Shown piece after piece: positions 50,634 to 64,000 of a stretch of DNA of 64,000 bases. The translations under genes were made by a program, and so were the position numbers. The DNA is taken from contig OY740800.1 in assembly GCA_963514005.1 (NCBI GenBank), positions 29,202,001 through 29,266,000 on the forward strand, read 5' to 3'. The notes under the pieces were generated by a model. That model did no database searches. It saw only the letters and a program-made list of their open reading frames with translations, and had not been told where the DNA came from. Source of the DNA: Raja brachyura. Lineage: Eukaryota. Numbering within the stretch: the stretch's first letter is position 1; each line of letters starts with the position of its first letter.

Positions 50634-51677
50634 TAGCAATGTTACAAAATTTTGAGATTAAAAAAATCAAGTCTGCAATTTATCCCATCAGGAAAAGCAT
50701 AAAAAGAAGTTTAATTTGACACCTAATTCACTTTCATATCTTCAGTATTAAAAAAGTTATGGCCATTTTCATACTCGGAAATTAGCATCTTGTTCCCTAT
50801 TGCTTTTCCATTGACTTAACACAAAAGTTGTGATCGAGGACAGTCAAAAGCCCATAACTTCCTTAAAAATTAAGAGAACTGAAAGAAATTTTCAGTTATT
50901 ATAGACTGAAGCATTCTGAAACAAATATGAAACAATCTTACTTGGATGATCTGAAATTAAAGTATATAATTAGTTAGTTACCCAATTGTAGCTAATTACA
51001 AAATTCAATTACTAGATCTAAACATCTATCCATTTCTTAAGAAATTATTTAAAAATTTAAAAAGCCTATGTGTCCAAATAACATTCACACAAGAATTCAC
51101 AATATAACATGATTTTTAAATCTCATTGTCATTAATTTATAGGCCAAATTGAAGGAATTTAGTGTTTAATGCCCGTAAATTAATGGCCATTTAAATCAGC
51201 TTGCGAGTGGGATTCTATGGAACGCGATGGATTGGAACGTTGCAGTTGCGGTGAATTTAAACCCCATATCGGCAGGAAAAATACTGCCGGTTCGTATGGG
51301 GAATAAATCACCGTTTCGCAACATGAAATTTGGATTAAGGTCATCTTAACAATCAGGTTTATATGTAAAAATAAACGGATTTCCTTTACCTGTCCCCTAC
51401 GTAAAATCTGTCCCCGTTGTCGGCGTTCACAACATTAGAAGCTAATTTTTAATTTACTCCAGCGCTGAAATAGTCGGGCGATTTAAAAACAAAAGTCACA
51501 TACCGGCAGTCGGAACGAATCTTCAGAAAAAGCTAGCACTCCGAGAAAATATAACTCCAGAAGGCAGGGGAAAACCACATTTTAACCCCCCCCCCCCCCC
51601 TCAAAGGCGCCAAAGTTGCGCACACGGCCAGTGACAGAACCGCAGCACCGCTGAAGGTAAGTTTTGTAACATACCTA
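50634..51677. mobile_element. Non-autonomous TIR DNA transposon, superfamily uncertain
   Basis: TIRs tagcaatgttacaaaa / ttttgtaacataccta; duplicated flank cattagt (50627-50633, 51678-51684); AT-rich, no ORF. Confidence 0.7.
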
Positions 51678-52004
51678 CATTAGTATGGCAATGCACAATT
51701 AGTAAACAAGTCCATGGTGGTGAAACTGATGGTCTGTAGTGTTCCATTACTGAGGTGGGATGAGGGTTGTGCAGGTTGATTGAGGAATCTGACAGTTACA
51801 GTAAAGTAGCTGTTCCTGAATCTGGCGGTGTGGCACTTCAAACCTCTGTACCTCCTGCTGAAGGGAGCAGAAAGAGAGCACAGTGGGGATCCTTCATAAT
51901 AGTTGTATCCTTCTATAGGCAGTGCCTCGTGTCCATGCTTTCGGTGGTGAGCCCCTGATGAACCAGGTTGAGTCCACCACTCTCTGCTGCCTCTTGTGTT
52001 CCTT

Positions 52005-53305
52005 TAAAAAAAAATCAAAATAGACCTTATTCGAAATATAAATATATACAAAACATGATCCTTACAAAACTCCATCCGACATTCTTGGAGGCTATACATG
52101 CATACAATACAGTTTCCCCACATCACAGATTTATCCCCCCATCCTTGCCACTCATGTGGCCCACCGGCATGGAATGCTTTCCCTTATTTTGAAGGGCGTC
52201 TCCACCACACCGTGCCCCTCATGTCCAGCAGCGGAAGGACCCTAGACTGTGGTTCTCCCCCACCGAGCCTTGGCGTTGGCTGCACCAAGTTAAAGTGCAT
52301 CCCTCAGCACGTACTCCTGCAGTCTGCAGCGGGCCAGTCAGCACCATTCCCTGACGGACATCTCGCTCCGCTGGGTGGTGAACAACGCTTGGGCAGACCA
52401 AAGAGCGTCTTTCACCAAGTTGATGATCTTCCAGCAGCACTCGATGTCAGTCTCTAAATGCGTCCCTGGGAACAGTCCTCTGTGATGGAGCTGTTCGGAA
52501 TAAACCGTGACAGGGACCCTTGCAGACTTCTCCAGACTCTTTGCGAATCCACACTGCAAAGAGGTGGTCAACCGTCTCCTCATCATTGTAGCCGTCCCAA
52601 GGGCAGCGTGCGCTGGCAGTGAGGTTCCGAAGGTGCAGGAAGGATCTGACTGGGAGGGTTCCCCTCACCGCCAGCCAAGCCAGATTTTGGTGCTTGTTGG
52701 TGAGTTCTGGCGATGAGGCATTTTGCCAAACAAGCTGGGCAATCTGCTCTGGGAACCACGCCACCGGATCCATGGAGTCATTTCCCTGCAGTGCCTGCAG
52801 GACGTTCTGTGCTGACCACTGCCCGATGGACTTGTGGTCAAAGGTGTTGGTCTGGAAGAACCTTTCATGAACGACAGATGGTGTGGCATCTGCGCCAGGC
52901 CCATCCTTCGCAACATCAAGGACAAGTAGAACCTCAGCAGGTAGTGACACTTGGTGCTCACTTGCCTTGGCTCTACGCTCCGCCTGATGCAGCCACACAT
53001 GAAGGTGGTCATCAGGATGAGAGCGACGTTGGGCATGCTTTTACCCCCATTGTCTGCCAACTTGTGCATTGTGACCCGTCGCACCTGGTCCATCCTCGAC
53101 CCCCAGCTGAACTGGAAGATGGCCCGGGTGATACCTGTGGCGTAGCAGGGAGGGACAGTCCACAACTGCGGTAAGTTCACCAGCCCCAAGAGCACCTCAC
53201 ACCTAATGACCAAATTTTTCCCTGTTGCAGAGAGGGAGCGTTGCTTCCACAGCTCCAGTTTCTTCCCCAACTTGGCTATCTGCTCCAGCCAATTCTTTTC
53301 ACACG
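52005..53305 (-). mobile_element. L1/Tx1-type LINE 3' fragment
   Basis: ORFs 52665-53339 (KNWLEQIAK...WKQRSLSATGKNLVIRCEVL) and 52447-52998 (AWLAVRGTLPVR...CPWDGY..EETVDHLF, zf-RVT-like). Confidence 0.85.
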
Positions 53306-53859
53306 CCTCAGCCCCCATGCCTCTTGTGTACTTGAGCATTGGAATTACCGTACCAGACCATGATACAACCAGTCAGGTTACTTTCAACAGTATATCTGCA
53401 GAAGTTTGTTAGAACATTCGGTGATAAGCCCAATCTCTTTGAACTTATAACAATGTAGTGGTACGCCTTCTTTGTGAAAATATCTATGTGTTTGCCCCAG
53501 GACAGGTCATCTGAGATGTTAACATCCAGGAATTTGAAGCTGCTAACTCTCTCCGCCTCACTAAGAAGATTTACAAGGGTCTGCAAAATCGTTCCAAAGT
53601 AAACAACCTCATTTCTCTTTGGGAAAAGTAAGATTATTTATTTTGCAGCAGGGGAGATATTTAAATGAGATATGTAAAATTCTTGAGGCCTGGACAAAGA
53701 GGACGGATCTATATCCTAGCTGTCATACATTTTAAATAATTCAATGATTCAATTATGCTTTATTGTCACTTGTATCTAGGTACCGTGAAATTATTTGTTT
53801 TGCATACAAAACACAAAGTATGCAAAGAGTCACATCGTATAGGGTGCCGATGACGTTAA

Positions 53860-54550
53860 GAGTCAAGAGTCAGGAGAGTTTTATTGTCATGTGTCCCAGA
53901 TAGGACAATGACATTCTTACTTGCTGCAGCACAACAGAATATGTAAACATAATACAGAACGGGAGATAAAGGTTCAGTGTATCTATAGACCATATACCAT
54001 ATATACACAATAAATAAACAGATAAAGTGCAATAGTAATAATAGACTGTTATTGTTCAGAGCTTATTTGATGTTGTGTTTAATAGCCTGATGGCTGTGGG
54101 GAAGCAGCTGTTCCTCAACCTGGATGTTACAGATTTCAGGCTCCTGTAGCTTCTTCCCGATGGCAATGGAGAGATGAGTGTGTAACCAGGATGGTGTGGG
54201 TCTTTGATTATGTTGGCTGCCTTTTTGAGGCATCGACTGCGATAGATCCCTTCGATGGTGGGGAGGTCAGAGCCAACGATGGACTGGGCAGTGGTCACAA
54301 CTTTATGCATTATTTTCCGCTCCTGGACGTTTAAGTTGCCGTACCACGCCACGATGCAGCCAATCAGTATGCTCTCTACTGTGCACCTGTAGAAGTTTGA
54401 GAGAGTCCTCCTTGACATACCGACTCTTCGTAATCTTCTCAGGAAGTAGAGGCGCTGATGTGCCTTCTTTATAATTGCGTCAGTGTGCTGGGACCAGGGA
54501 AAATCTTTGGAAATATGCACGCCCAGGAATTTGACGTTTTTGACCCTTTA
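53860..54550 (-). mobile_element. Rex1/Babar-type LINE 3' fragment, young
   Basis: Open ORF 54056-54520: WSQHTDAIIKKAHQRLYFLRRLR...FYRCTVESILIGCIVAWYGN...RLRNSCFPTAIRLLN. Confidence 0.85.
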
Positions 54551-54574
54551 CAGAGGTATTCATTATAGTCCCGA

Positions 54575-54735
54575 TGATCCCTCTTTGTTCTTTTGGGGGG
54601 GCCTCCACACCAGGAACCTCTGTTCTCTCGAACCCCCGCCGGCTCCCTCTTTGTTCTCTCAGCGCCCCCACCACCGGGAACCTCTTTGTTCTCTCGCGGT
54701 TGCCCCCACGCCGGGTCCCTCTTTGTTCTCAGCTG
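54575..54735. repeat. GC-rich imperfect tandem repeat with core cctctttgttctc
   Basis: Five cores at roughly 35-40 bp spacing. Confidence 0.7.
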
Positions 54736-55056
54736 TGCATCCTCGTCCAGCCGCCAGAACTCACGTGGCCCGACCTTGGCTGACCCCGGTACTTGCTCAG
54801 GCCCGTCCACGACTACCCATGGCCAGTTCCTCTCTTGGACAGCTCTGTGGCGCTGTCATTTGGCCCATCAAGTTTGTACCAGTTCACGACTGCATTAAAG
54901 ACATCACTTACAACACTTGTAACCGAGCTCCATTTCTCCAGACAGTGCTCTTCACCAAAAGAATCAACAACGCCTGAAGGGATCAAGTAAATTTCCAAGA
55001 AAAATGTAGAAGGATCTCGACCCGAAACTTCAACCGTTCCTTCTCTCCAGAGATGT

Positions 55057-55690
55057 GTAAGAAGGAACTGCAGATGCTGGTTTAAACCAAAGATAGACAC
55101 ATAAAGCTGGAGTAACTCAGTGGGACAGGCAGCATCTCTGGGGAGAAGGAATGGGTGACGTTTTGTGTCGAGACACTTCTTCAGACAGGTTAGGGATAAG
55201 GTAAACAAGTGATATAGACAGTGATGTGGAGAGATAAAGAACAATGAATGAAAGATATGCAAAAATGTAATGATGATAAAGGAAACGGGCCGTTGTAAGC
55301 TGTTTGTAGGGTGAAAATGAGAAGTTAGTGTGACTTGGATGAGGGAAGGATAGAGAGATGAGGAATGCCGGAGTGAGAGAAATAAATATTCATACCACTG
55401 GGCTGTAAGCTGCCCAAGCGAAATATGAGATGCTGTTCCTCCAATTTGCGATCAGCCTCACTCTGACAATGGAGGAGACCGAGGACAGAAAGGTCTGTGC
55501 AGGAATGGGAAGTAGAATTAAAGTGTCCAGCAACCGGGAGATCAGGTTGGTTCAGGCTGGCTGAGCGAAGGTGTTCCGCGAAACGATCGCCCATTCTGCG
55601 TTTTTGTCTTGCCGATGTATAAAAGTCCACATCCTGAACAAGGGATACAGTGGATGAAGTTAAAGGAGGTGCAAGTGAACCTCTGCCTAA
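55057..55690 (-). mobile_element. Penelope-like element fragment inserted in another pseudo-LTR
   Basis: ORF 55325-55717: RMGDRFAEHLRSA...HFNSTSH...LEEQHLIFRLGSLQPSGMN; flanking duplication ccagagatgtg. Confidence 0.85.
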
Positions 55691-56490
55691 TCTCTGCCAG
55701 AGATGTGCCTGTTCCACTGAGTTACTCCAGCATTTTGTGTCTATCTAAGAAAAATGTAATTGACTGTGAAAAAAGTTTTGGTGTGTTCAATGACTACATG
55801 AAGGGTAAACAAACTTTCTATTCAGGAGGAGCCTGCGGATATTCAGGGAAGCATGCCTAGCCCTTCATGTGGCAGTCTGCATGTTGGAGAAACCGGCAGT
55901 GCTGGCAAATCAATGTGCAAGCAAATCCATCTCCAGCCCACTGAAATGTAAATGTATAAAGTCACATTTAATGCAGTTGTGAACTAGTGCAAACTTGATG
56001 GGCCAAATGTCATCCTTCCATGCTGTAATGTGAGTATGAACTAGGGTCAGGATGGCAGGATACAGAGGTAACCTAGGCTTGTGCTAAAAGTGCATGTGAG
56101 CCCATGGGGGAAGGACGAACATACCTTGTCTTGCTACAAGGTAGAAGATCTTGAGTGCACACAGGCTGCTGGAGTAGAGTGAAAGAAAACCTTTTACTGG
56201 TAGCATTTAACTTAAACATTTCATATAATCCAATCTAAGCAACACAGTGAAGACATCAGTAGCGTAACGGTTAGCAGAAACACAGTTACCAAAATCAGGT
56301 TTCAATCCTGACCTCAAGTGCTGAATTTGCACATTCTCCCTGTGACCGAGTGGGTTTCTTTCAGGAGCTTTGTTTTTCTCCCACTGGGGGGGTGAGGGGG
56401 GGGGGAGGAGGGGGGGGCACAGGAACCAAAGGGGATGCATGAGGAAAAATCAAATTTGTGCAGATGGTTGCTTGATGGTCGGCATGAACT

Positions 56491-56790
56491 GGGCGGTGCA
56501 GTGGTAGAGTTGCTGCCTCACAGCGCCAGAGATTCTGGTTCAATCCTAACTTCGGGTGCTGTCCGTGGGCTGTGACCGCGTGGGTTTCCTCCTGGTTCCT
56601 CCAGTTTCCTCCCACATCCTAAAAACAAGCAGGTTTGTAGGTTAATTGGCCTCTGTAAAAAGAAAATTGGCCTTAGAGTTAAGGAAATGATGAGAAAATG
56701 GGATAACATAGAACTAACATGATCCATGGGTCAGCATAGACCCAGTAGACTGAAGGGCCTGCTTCTGTGCTATATCTCTAAACTAAACTA
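56491..56790 (+). mobile_element. HE1/V-SINE
   Basis: Head gggcggtgcagtggtagagttgctgcctcacagcgccagag, B-box-like ggttcaatcc, V domain, (ctaaa)n tail. Confidence 0.8.
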
Positions 56791-58209
56791 ATATAGATGG
56801 GCTGAAGGACCTGTTCCTGGTTTATACAACTATCTCTATGTTTCTTTCACAGTGCAAGTACAGAGGCTGGAATCAATTTAACTTTATCAATAAGTTACAA
56901 ATGAGGGGTTTGTGCAATGGGAGGAACTGGTTGCTTGCAATTTCGCATTGAAATAACCATCAAGACATTGCTATTTTTAGAGCTTTTAGACCACCTGTGA
57001 CAATAATGAACTGGCCCAGTTTAAATTGCTAGGCACAAAGACCCTCACATTTTAGCAAGATTATGGTCTCGATGGAAATGGTTTTTAGAAATTTTGAGAA
57101 TTCCATCCATCATCAAGCACCAACCAAACAGTAGCCCACAGTCAGAAGTCAGCAGTAAAGATTCCTTTCAGCTCCACACTGGGTTAGTGGCAGTCTGGTG
57201 TGCATGATTTTGTATGCATTGTATGCAATGGCAACAAGCTGTCGTTCCTGTAAAGGAGATGAAGTGCTTTACATGCCAGATGAAATCAATGGTGTACAAA
57301 TTGCAATACAACACCAGGAGGAATAAGAGCAAAGTTACTAATGCAGCACCTGCACAGAGAGGGTAACTTTCCAACAGGAAATCATGGAAGTGTCTGCACT
57401 GCATCCGCTGTTGAAGATCGTGTAGAGTACATTGCGTGTGGCAGTGGCTGCAAGCACCAAATCTTAAAATCACTGTTGCTATTAACGGCAGATTATTTGA
57501 CAAGCAGAATAACACAAGCGGCAGATTGTTCCATTGTGGGTAAAAGTACCCCAAACAAGAATCTTAATCACATTCTCAGCACAATGCACAGTCTCATACT
57601 TCCGCTGGTGACGTTGTGAAGGATGTGGTAACATACAATGGTCAGCAATTAGAATTGGGACTTGTTGTAGCTGACTTAACTGAGTGACGTGTAGGAAGGA
57701 ACAGCAGATGCTGGTTTAATCCGAAGATAGACACAAAATGCTGGAGGTTTTGGGTCGAGAGCCTTCTTTGGGGTGGGGGGGGATGACCACTGTAATTCAC
57801 CAAAGTTTGGATGAGAAGAATCAAGCACATTTGGAAAGATTTATTCCATGCCTAAACACCTGCAAATACTGTTGTACAAACATGAAATCTTTAAAGATGT
57901 CTACACCAGTATCACGGGCTACATGGCAGATGTATCTGCATCAAACCTGGTGCCAAACCGGAACATGACATCACAAACCCCAACCAGCTAACAGTCAATG
58001 AGAACAGTCAAGAAGAACCAGCCAACCTGAAATAAATGCAGACTAATAGTAAAAAACAGTCTGTGTTGAATAGGCCAACCAAGTCCCAGGAGTAGACGAT
58101 GGAATAATGTGGCAACAGCTATGTGATTCTCAAACACACAACTGTAACAAGCAAAGGCTATTGGCTACATCTCAAGGCCTGTACTCAGAGCTGATGGGAT
58201 CTTTACCTT

Positions 58210-58512
58210 GGTTGGTGGGATCTCTACGCAGAGTTAGTGGGTCTGTACACAGGGTAGGTGGGTATGTACACAGGGTTGGTGGGTACAGTATGTACACAGG
58301 GTTGGTACAATCTGTACACATTTGGTGGATCTGTACACAGGGTTGGTGTGTATGTACACAGGGTTGGTGGGTACAGTATGTACACAGGGTTGATACGATC
58401 TGTACACATTTGGTGGGTCTGTACACAGGGTTGGTAAATCTGTACACATTTGCTGGGTCTGTACACAGGGTTAGTATGATCTGCACACAGAGATGGTGGC
58501 ATCTGAACACAG
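58210..58512. repeat. Degenerate ~20-27 bp minisatellite with core TGTACACA; related units resume at 59500-59760
   Basis: Repeated ggtgggtctgtacacagggtt; repetitive ORF translations such as TLCTDPPNVY. Confidence 0.85.
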
Positions 58513-58549
58513 AGTTGAGTCAAGAGGTAAGAGTTTTCTAATCGTCAAT

Positions 58550-59495
58550 GTACTCACAACGGAACAAGGAAATTCGTCCTTGCAGCAGTATAACAGCCCA
58601 ATACACTCAAAATTCCGTTAATATATAATAAACAAAAAATCAATAAATTAATTACCACATTACAAGAGCAAAAATCTACCCCAAAGTCCTTAGTGCAATC
58701 AAAGAAGTTCAGAGTTGCGGTTAGTGTTGGGTAGTGAATTGAGAGCATGGCCAGGGTATATGATATTGGCTGCCTTTTTGAGGTAGCGCATCTTATAGAT
58801 CCGTTTAATGGTGGGGATGTTAGTATGCTCTCTACCGTATACCTGCAGTATTTCAAGAGAGTATTTGTCTTGAATATTGAAACGCCTCAATCTTCAAAGG
58901 GAAGTAGTGGTGTTGATGGGCTTTCTTTGCAATTGCATCAATGTGCTGGGTCCAGGATAGATCTTCAGAGATATGCGTGCCTGGGAATTTGAAGTTGTGG
59001 ACTCTCTCCACCACTGACCCATTAATGACGACAGGTTTATGGATCCTCGGCCTTCCTCTTCTAAAGTCAATGATCAGTTCCTTGATTGTTGTTCGATCAG
59101 ATTCTCAATCTCCCTCCTATACTTTGAGTCATCATTATTCATAATTCTTAATGACAGTGGTTTAGTCAGCAAATTTTAAGACAGTGTTGCAAGGGTGCCT
59201 GGCTACACAGACATGGGTATAGAGTGAGTAGACCAACAGACTGAGTATACAGCCTTGAAGTGCTCCTATGTTGATGGTTATTGTGAAGGAAGTGTTGTTA
59301 CCAATTTGTACTGATTGTGGTCTGCCAAGGATTTAAGGATTCAATTTCATAGGGCTGAGAAGTATGATAACAAGTTTGGCGAGGATGACGGTGTTGAATG
59401 CCAAGCTATAGTCGATGAACATGAGCCTGACGTACATGTCCTTTTTGTCAAATGGTCCAGTGCACATTGGAGAGCCAGCAAGATCATATCCGCCA
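58550..59495 (-). mobile_element. Rex1/Babar-type LINE fragment
   Basis: Motifs YVRLMFIDYSLAFNTV, YTVESILT, LKKAANII. Confidence 0.75.
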
Positions 59496-60267
59496 TTGAT
59501 CAGAGAATTGGTAGGATGTGTAAACGGAGGTGGTAGGATCTGTACAATTGAGATGGTGGGATATCTAGGTAGAGATTGTGGGATCAATACACAGGATTGG
59601 TGGGTTCTGTACACAGAGGTAGTGGGATCCATACACATAATTGCTGGGACCCATCGATAGTATTGGTGGGACTCTTACAGAGAGTTGGTGGGACCTGTGC
59701 AGAGAATTAGTGGAATCTGTACACAGAGGTGGTGTAATCTATAAATGGGGTTGGTGGAACCTGCAAAGCTGCCAACTCTCAGGCATTGAGCGTGAGACTC
59801 ACGCATTTCACCCAATTCTCACGCTTTCACCCTGATCACAGAATTTCTCACGCTCTGTCGTTCTCTGTTATTCTCACTTGACCGAACCGGTTATTAGGAG
59901 GTTATTATTTGTCTTTAGTTTTAGCTTGAACCAGGACATGTGAAGATTCAAAGTTTAACATAGTAATTGTGCTGATACTGACTCCAACTAACCACGTAAT
60001 GAATATCATCCATTCTGGAAGTTTTATTTCAGAATGAATGATATATCTGGAGGGTACCCCCCTCCCAACTCTCATCCAAAGTTTGCAGCCCTGAACCTGT
60101 ACACTGTGAAAAGGATAGGGATAAATCAGTAGGATATGAAGAGACTTGTGGAAGGGGGTGATGAACAGTGGATAAAGTTTAATGCAGAAAAATGTAAAGT
60201 ATTACATTATGCTGGAAAGATTGAGCAGAAGAAAAAAAACAGGGAAGCCATGTTGAACTTTTATAAA

Positions 60268-61804
60268 ACACTTTTCCCACATTTTGTTACGTTACAGCCT
60301 CATTCTAAAATGGATTAATTATTTATTTAATCATCAATCTACACACAATATCCTATAATAAAAAAAGCAAAAACAGGTGTTTAGAAATGTTTGCAAAGTA
60401 ATTAAAAAGAAATAACTAAAATATCACAATTACACCTTTGGTAGTGTTTACAGCCTCAAGACTTCTTGTGTATGACGCCACATGCTTGGCACACCTGTAT
60501 TTGGCTAATTTCTCCTATTCGTCTCTGCAGACCCTCTCAAGCTCTGTCAGGTTGGATGGGGAGCGTCGATGAACAGCTATTTTCATGTCCCTCCATTGAT
60601 GTTCGATCGGGTTCAAGTTTGGGCTCTGGCTGGGCCAGTCAAGGACATTCACAGACTTGTCAGGAAGCCATTCCTGTGTTGCTTTGCCTGTGTGCTCAGG
60701 GTCGTTGGCCTGTTGGAAGGTGAACCTCCACCCCAGTCTGAGGTCCAAAACGCTCTGGAGCAGGTTTTCATCAAGAATCTCTCTGAACTTTGCTCCGTTC
60801 ATCTTTCCCTCGATCCTGACTAGTCTCCCAGTTTCTGCCGCTGACAAACATCCCCACAGCAGGATCCTGCCACCACCATGTTTCACCATTGGTATGGTAT
60901 TGGCCAGGTGATGAGCGGTGCCTGGTTTCCTCCAGACATGTCCCGTGGCATTCAGGCCAAGGAGTTCAATCTTGGTTTCATCAGACCAGAGAATCTTGTT
61001 TCGCATGGTCTGAGAGTCCCTTAGGTGGCTTTTGGCAAACTCCATGATAGCTGTCATGTGCCTTTTACTGAGGAGTGGCTTTCGTCTGGCCACTCTACCA
61101 TAAAGGCCTGATTGGTGGAGTGCTGCAGATATAGATATGTCCTTCTGGAAGGTTCTCCATTCCCCACAAAGGAACTCTGGAGTTCCGTCAGAATGACCAT
61201 CGGGTTCTTGGTCACCTCCCTGACCAAGACCAAGACACCGGATTGCTCAGTTTGGCTCTATGAAGAGCCTGGTGGTTTCAAAGTTCTTACATTTAAGAAT
61301 GACGGAGGCCACTGTGCTCTTTGGGACCTGCAATGCTGCAGAAATTGTTTTATATCCTTCCCCACAATCCTGTCTTGGAGGTCTATGGACAATTCCTTTG
61401 TCTTCATGACTTGGCTTTTGCTCTGACATGCGCTGTCAACTGTGGGACCTTATATCGACAGGTGCGTACCTTTCCAAATCATGTACAATCTATTTAATTT
61501 ACCACTGACGGACTCCAATCAAATTGTAGACACATCTCAAGGATAATAAATGGAAACAAGATGCACCTAAGCTCAATTTTGAGTAATAGCAAAGGGTTTG
61601 AATAATTATATAAATGTGATATTTCAGTTATTGTTTTTTAATTACTTTGCAAACATTTCTAAACACCTGTTTTCGCTTCTTCATTCTGTTTTATTGTGTG
61701 TAGATTGATGATAAAAAAAATAATTTAATCCATTTTAAAATAAGGCTGTAACATAACAAAATGTGGAAAAAGTGAAGGGGTCTGAATACTTTCTGAATAC
61801 ACTG
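60268..61804 (-). mobile_element. Tc1 DNA transposon (same family as 30374), one TIR tip lost
   Basis: ORF 60515-61093: [11 protein letters not shown]...[11 protein letters not shown]...KHGGG...FQQANDPEH...[15 protein letters not shown] ends ctgaatacactg|TA. Confidence 0.92.
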
Positions 61805-63793
61805 TATGCCTCTTGTAATTTTATATTCTTCTATCAGGTCTCCCTGCAACCTCCAACATTCCAGAGAAAACAATCCAAGTTTTTCCACCTCTCCTTATAG
61901 CAGATACAACAAACTGCAAATGCTATTTTACAAAAAAGACACCAAATATTGGAAAAACTCAGCGGGTCAGGCAGCATCTCTGGAGAAAATGGACAGGTGA
62001 TGTTTCAGGTCAGGATCCTTCTTCAGGGTCTGAAGAAGGGTCTTGACCCAAAATATCACCAATTGTTAATCTCCAGAGATGACACTGAGTGACTCCACCA
62101 CTTTGTTCTCTTCTTATAGCAAATACCCTCGAATCCAGTAAGCTTTCTGGTAATTTTCTGCACCCTCTCCAAAGCCTCTACATCCTCCCTGTAATGAGGT
62201 AATTAGAACTGCATGCAATAGTCTAGGTACTCCAAGTAGATACAGAAATCTGAGACCATTTAACTCCAAGTTCAAGGACAGCTTTTTCCCAAGAACCGTT
62301 GGACCACACTGCCCAACCCGAGCCGCATACCTGTCTCAGCAATGAACTACTATGGACTTTGTATAGGGGTTGCATTACATACTTTGGCTCATACTATTAT
62401 GGTCTGGTTACCAAGTATAACTAATCATTTATGGTATTGTTTATTATATATGTATTTGTTGTGTTGTTTGTTAATGTGCCTGTAAAGCTGCGGCAAGTAA
62501 GGTTTTAATTGTTCTCTTTGCCGGTGCAGATGACACTTCACACTTCAGATAACACTTCGGACATGGCAGATAATAGAAAAGAAGTAGAATGGCAGTAGAG
62601 CTAAAGGTGTTGGTGTTCAGAGGAATCTGAGAGTCCTTGAACATGAGTCACTGAAAGTTACTATGTTAGCAAGCAGATTGGAAGGAAAATGAAACATCAA
62701 TCTTTATAGAGAGGGGATTTGAGTTCACTTTTAGAGAGGCTGGACTTGGAATATTGTGGACAGGCTGATGGCCTTAATTTAGCAAGCATATAATTTGAAT
62801 AAAAGGAATGCAGCAAGGCTGACTGGATGGATTCTTGGGATGGTAGGTTTGTCATTTGAGGATAGATTAGGCAGACTGGGTGTATATTGTAGTCTGAATA
62901 CCCACGAATAAAGGAGATTACATAGAACTGGAGGAACAGCACCTCATATTCCGCTTGGGTAGCTTACAACCTAACTATGTACATTGAATTCTTCAATTTC
63001 AGGTAACCTCTAACCTCTTCCCCCTCCCCTTCTCCCCCCCCCCCCCCTTTCTCTTCCACCCCCCCCCCCCCCCATCCCTCCCCTGGGTGCCACTTGGACT
63101 CCCACGCATTTCTCCCCTCCACACGCCACCCCCTTCTGCTACTTTCCTCCCCCTGACTTCACAATCCACAACTCTTCAAACCAGTCACACTCCTATTGTT
63201 CTTATTTTCAACCTTTGTTCCAACCGTCTGCCTGTCAAAAAAAATCCTTTGCCTGTGCTTTGTCCTGCCTCTCGCCTTTCCCAGCTTTCTTCTCCACCCC
63301 CACCTCCCCCGCTTCCACAATCAGTCTGAAGAAGGATTCCAACCAGGAACGTTATCTATCCATGTTCTCCAGAGATGCTGCCTGACCCGTTGAGTTACTC
63401 TAGCAATTGTGTCCTTTTGTGTGTTAACCAGCAACTGCACTTCGTTGTCTCTAGTTTACGGAATGGTAGACACTGCCTGGTTCTTCACAGGTTCAATCAA
63501 CGACTTTACAGTAGACAACATTAACCTCAGCAACAATGAACTTCTATGGACTGAGTCTGTGCCTTTTGCCTTTATGCTATTATGGTTACTTAGTACCACG
63601 GATATTAAATTGTTACAATTTAGATTATCATTATTATTTGTGTGGAATGCATTTACAGGTCTGTTAAGCTGCCTTAGGTATGAATTTCATTGTTCCGTTG
63701 TTGGTACATATGACAACTAAACATTCATGACCCTCCTAAGTCTCTCTTGCCTCTCTTGATAAACTGACCTTGAAACATTGACTCTGTAAGAGT

Positions 63794-63925
63794 GTTAAAG
63801 AAGGAACTGCGGATGCTGGAGAATCGAGGGTTACACAAAAAGCTGGAGAAACTCAGCGGTTGCAGCAGCATCTAAGGATCTCCTTAGATGCTGCTGCACC
63901 CGCTGAGTTTCTCCAGCTTTTTGTG
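63794..63925. mobile_element. Very short hairpin Penelope-like insertion (same family as 35801)
   Basis: Same 5' extension ttaaagaaggaactgc(a/g)gatgctggagaatcg, ~55-bp inverted arms, 15-bp TSD tgactctgtaagagt (63779-63793, 63926-63940). Confidence 0.85.
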
Positions 63926-64000
63926 TGACTCTGTAAGAGTATTGATCTCAGTGAACGCTTCAAAATTCTTACATGGTTTTATAGGATTCATTCAGCAATG

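Noticed and set aside
57168-57620. Non-repetitive stretch with 128-aa and 92-aa ORFs
   Set aside because: No recognisable domain or clean splice boundaries; it may be non-coding regulatory DNA, but that cannot be supported from the sequence.

Overview
Repeat-rich vertebrate genomic DNA. The repeat landscape (HE1/V-SINEs, CR1 LINEs, Penelope-like elements, Rex1/Babar LINEs, Tc1) points to a cartilaginous fish, probably a skate or ray; this is inference. Two host genes converge tail to tail: the last two coding exons of CCDC77 (+, 3555-7998) and a complete three-coding-exon RAB19 (-, 27885 to 21996, 214 aa), whose probable CpG-rich promoter and non-coding first exon lie near 35.4-35.65 kb. The rest is nested transposable elements, including a degenerate Ty3/Gypsy element (37554-43724) that sits inside a Penelope element and itself carries a Helitron-like insert and a non-autonomous retroposon. 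The main finding is a ~135-bp retroposon present in three copies (547-679, 1651-1787, 12578-12709), each with an 11-12 bp target-site duplication (TSD). Its first 54 nt fold by eye into a minimal HDV-like self-cleaving ribozyme, and all three copies begin at the predicted cleavage site. Other observations are hairpin Penelope insertions with a hammerhead-like core and a young inversion with a 429-bp inverted duplication. Boundaries of degraded repeats are approximate, and family names come from motif recognition, not database searches.
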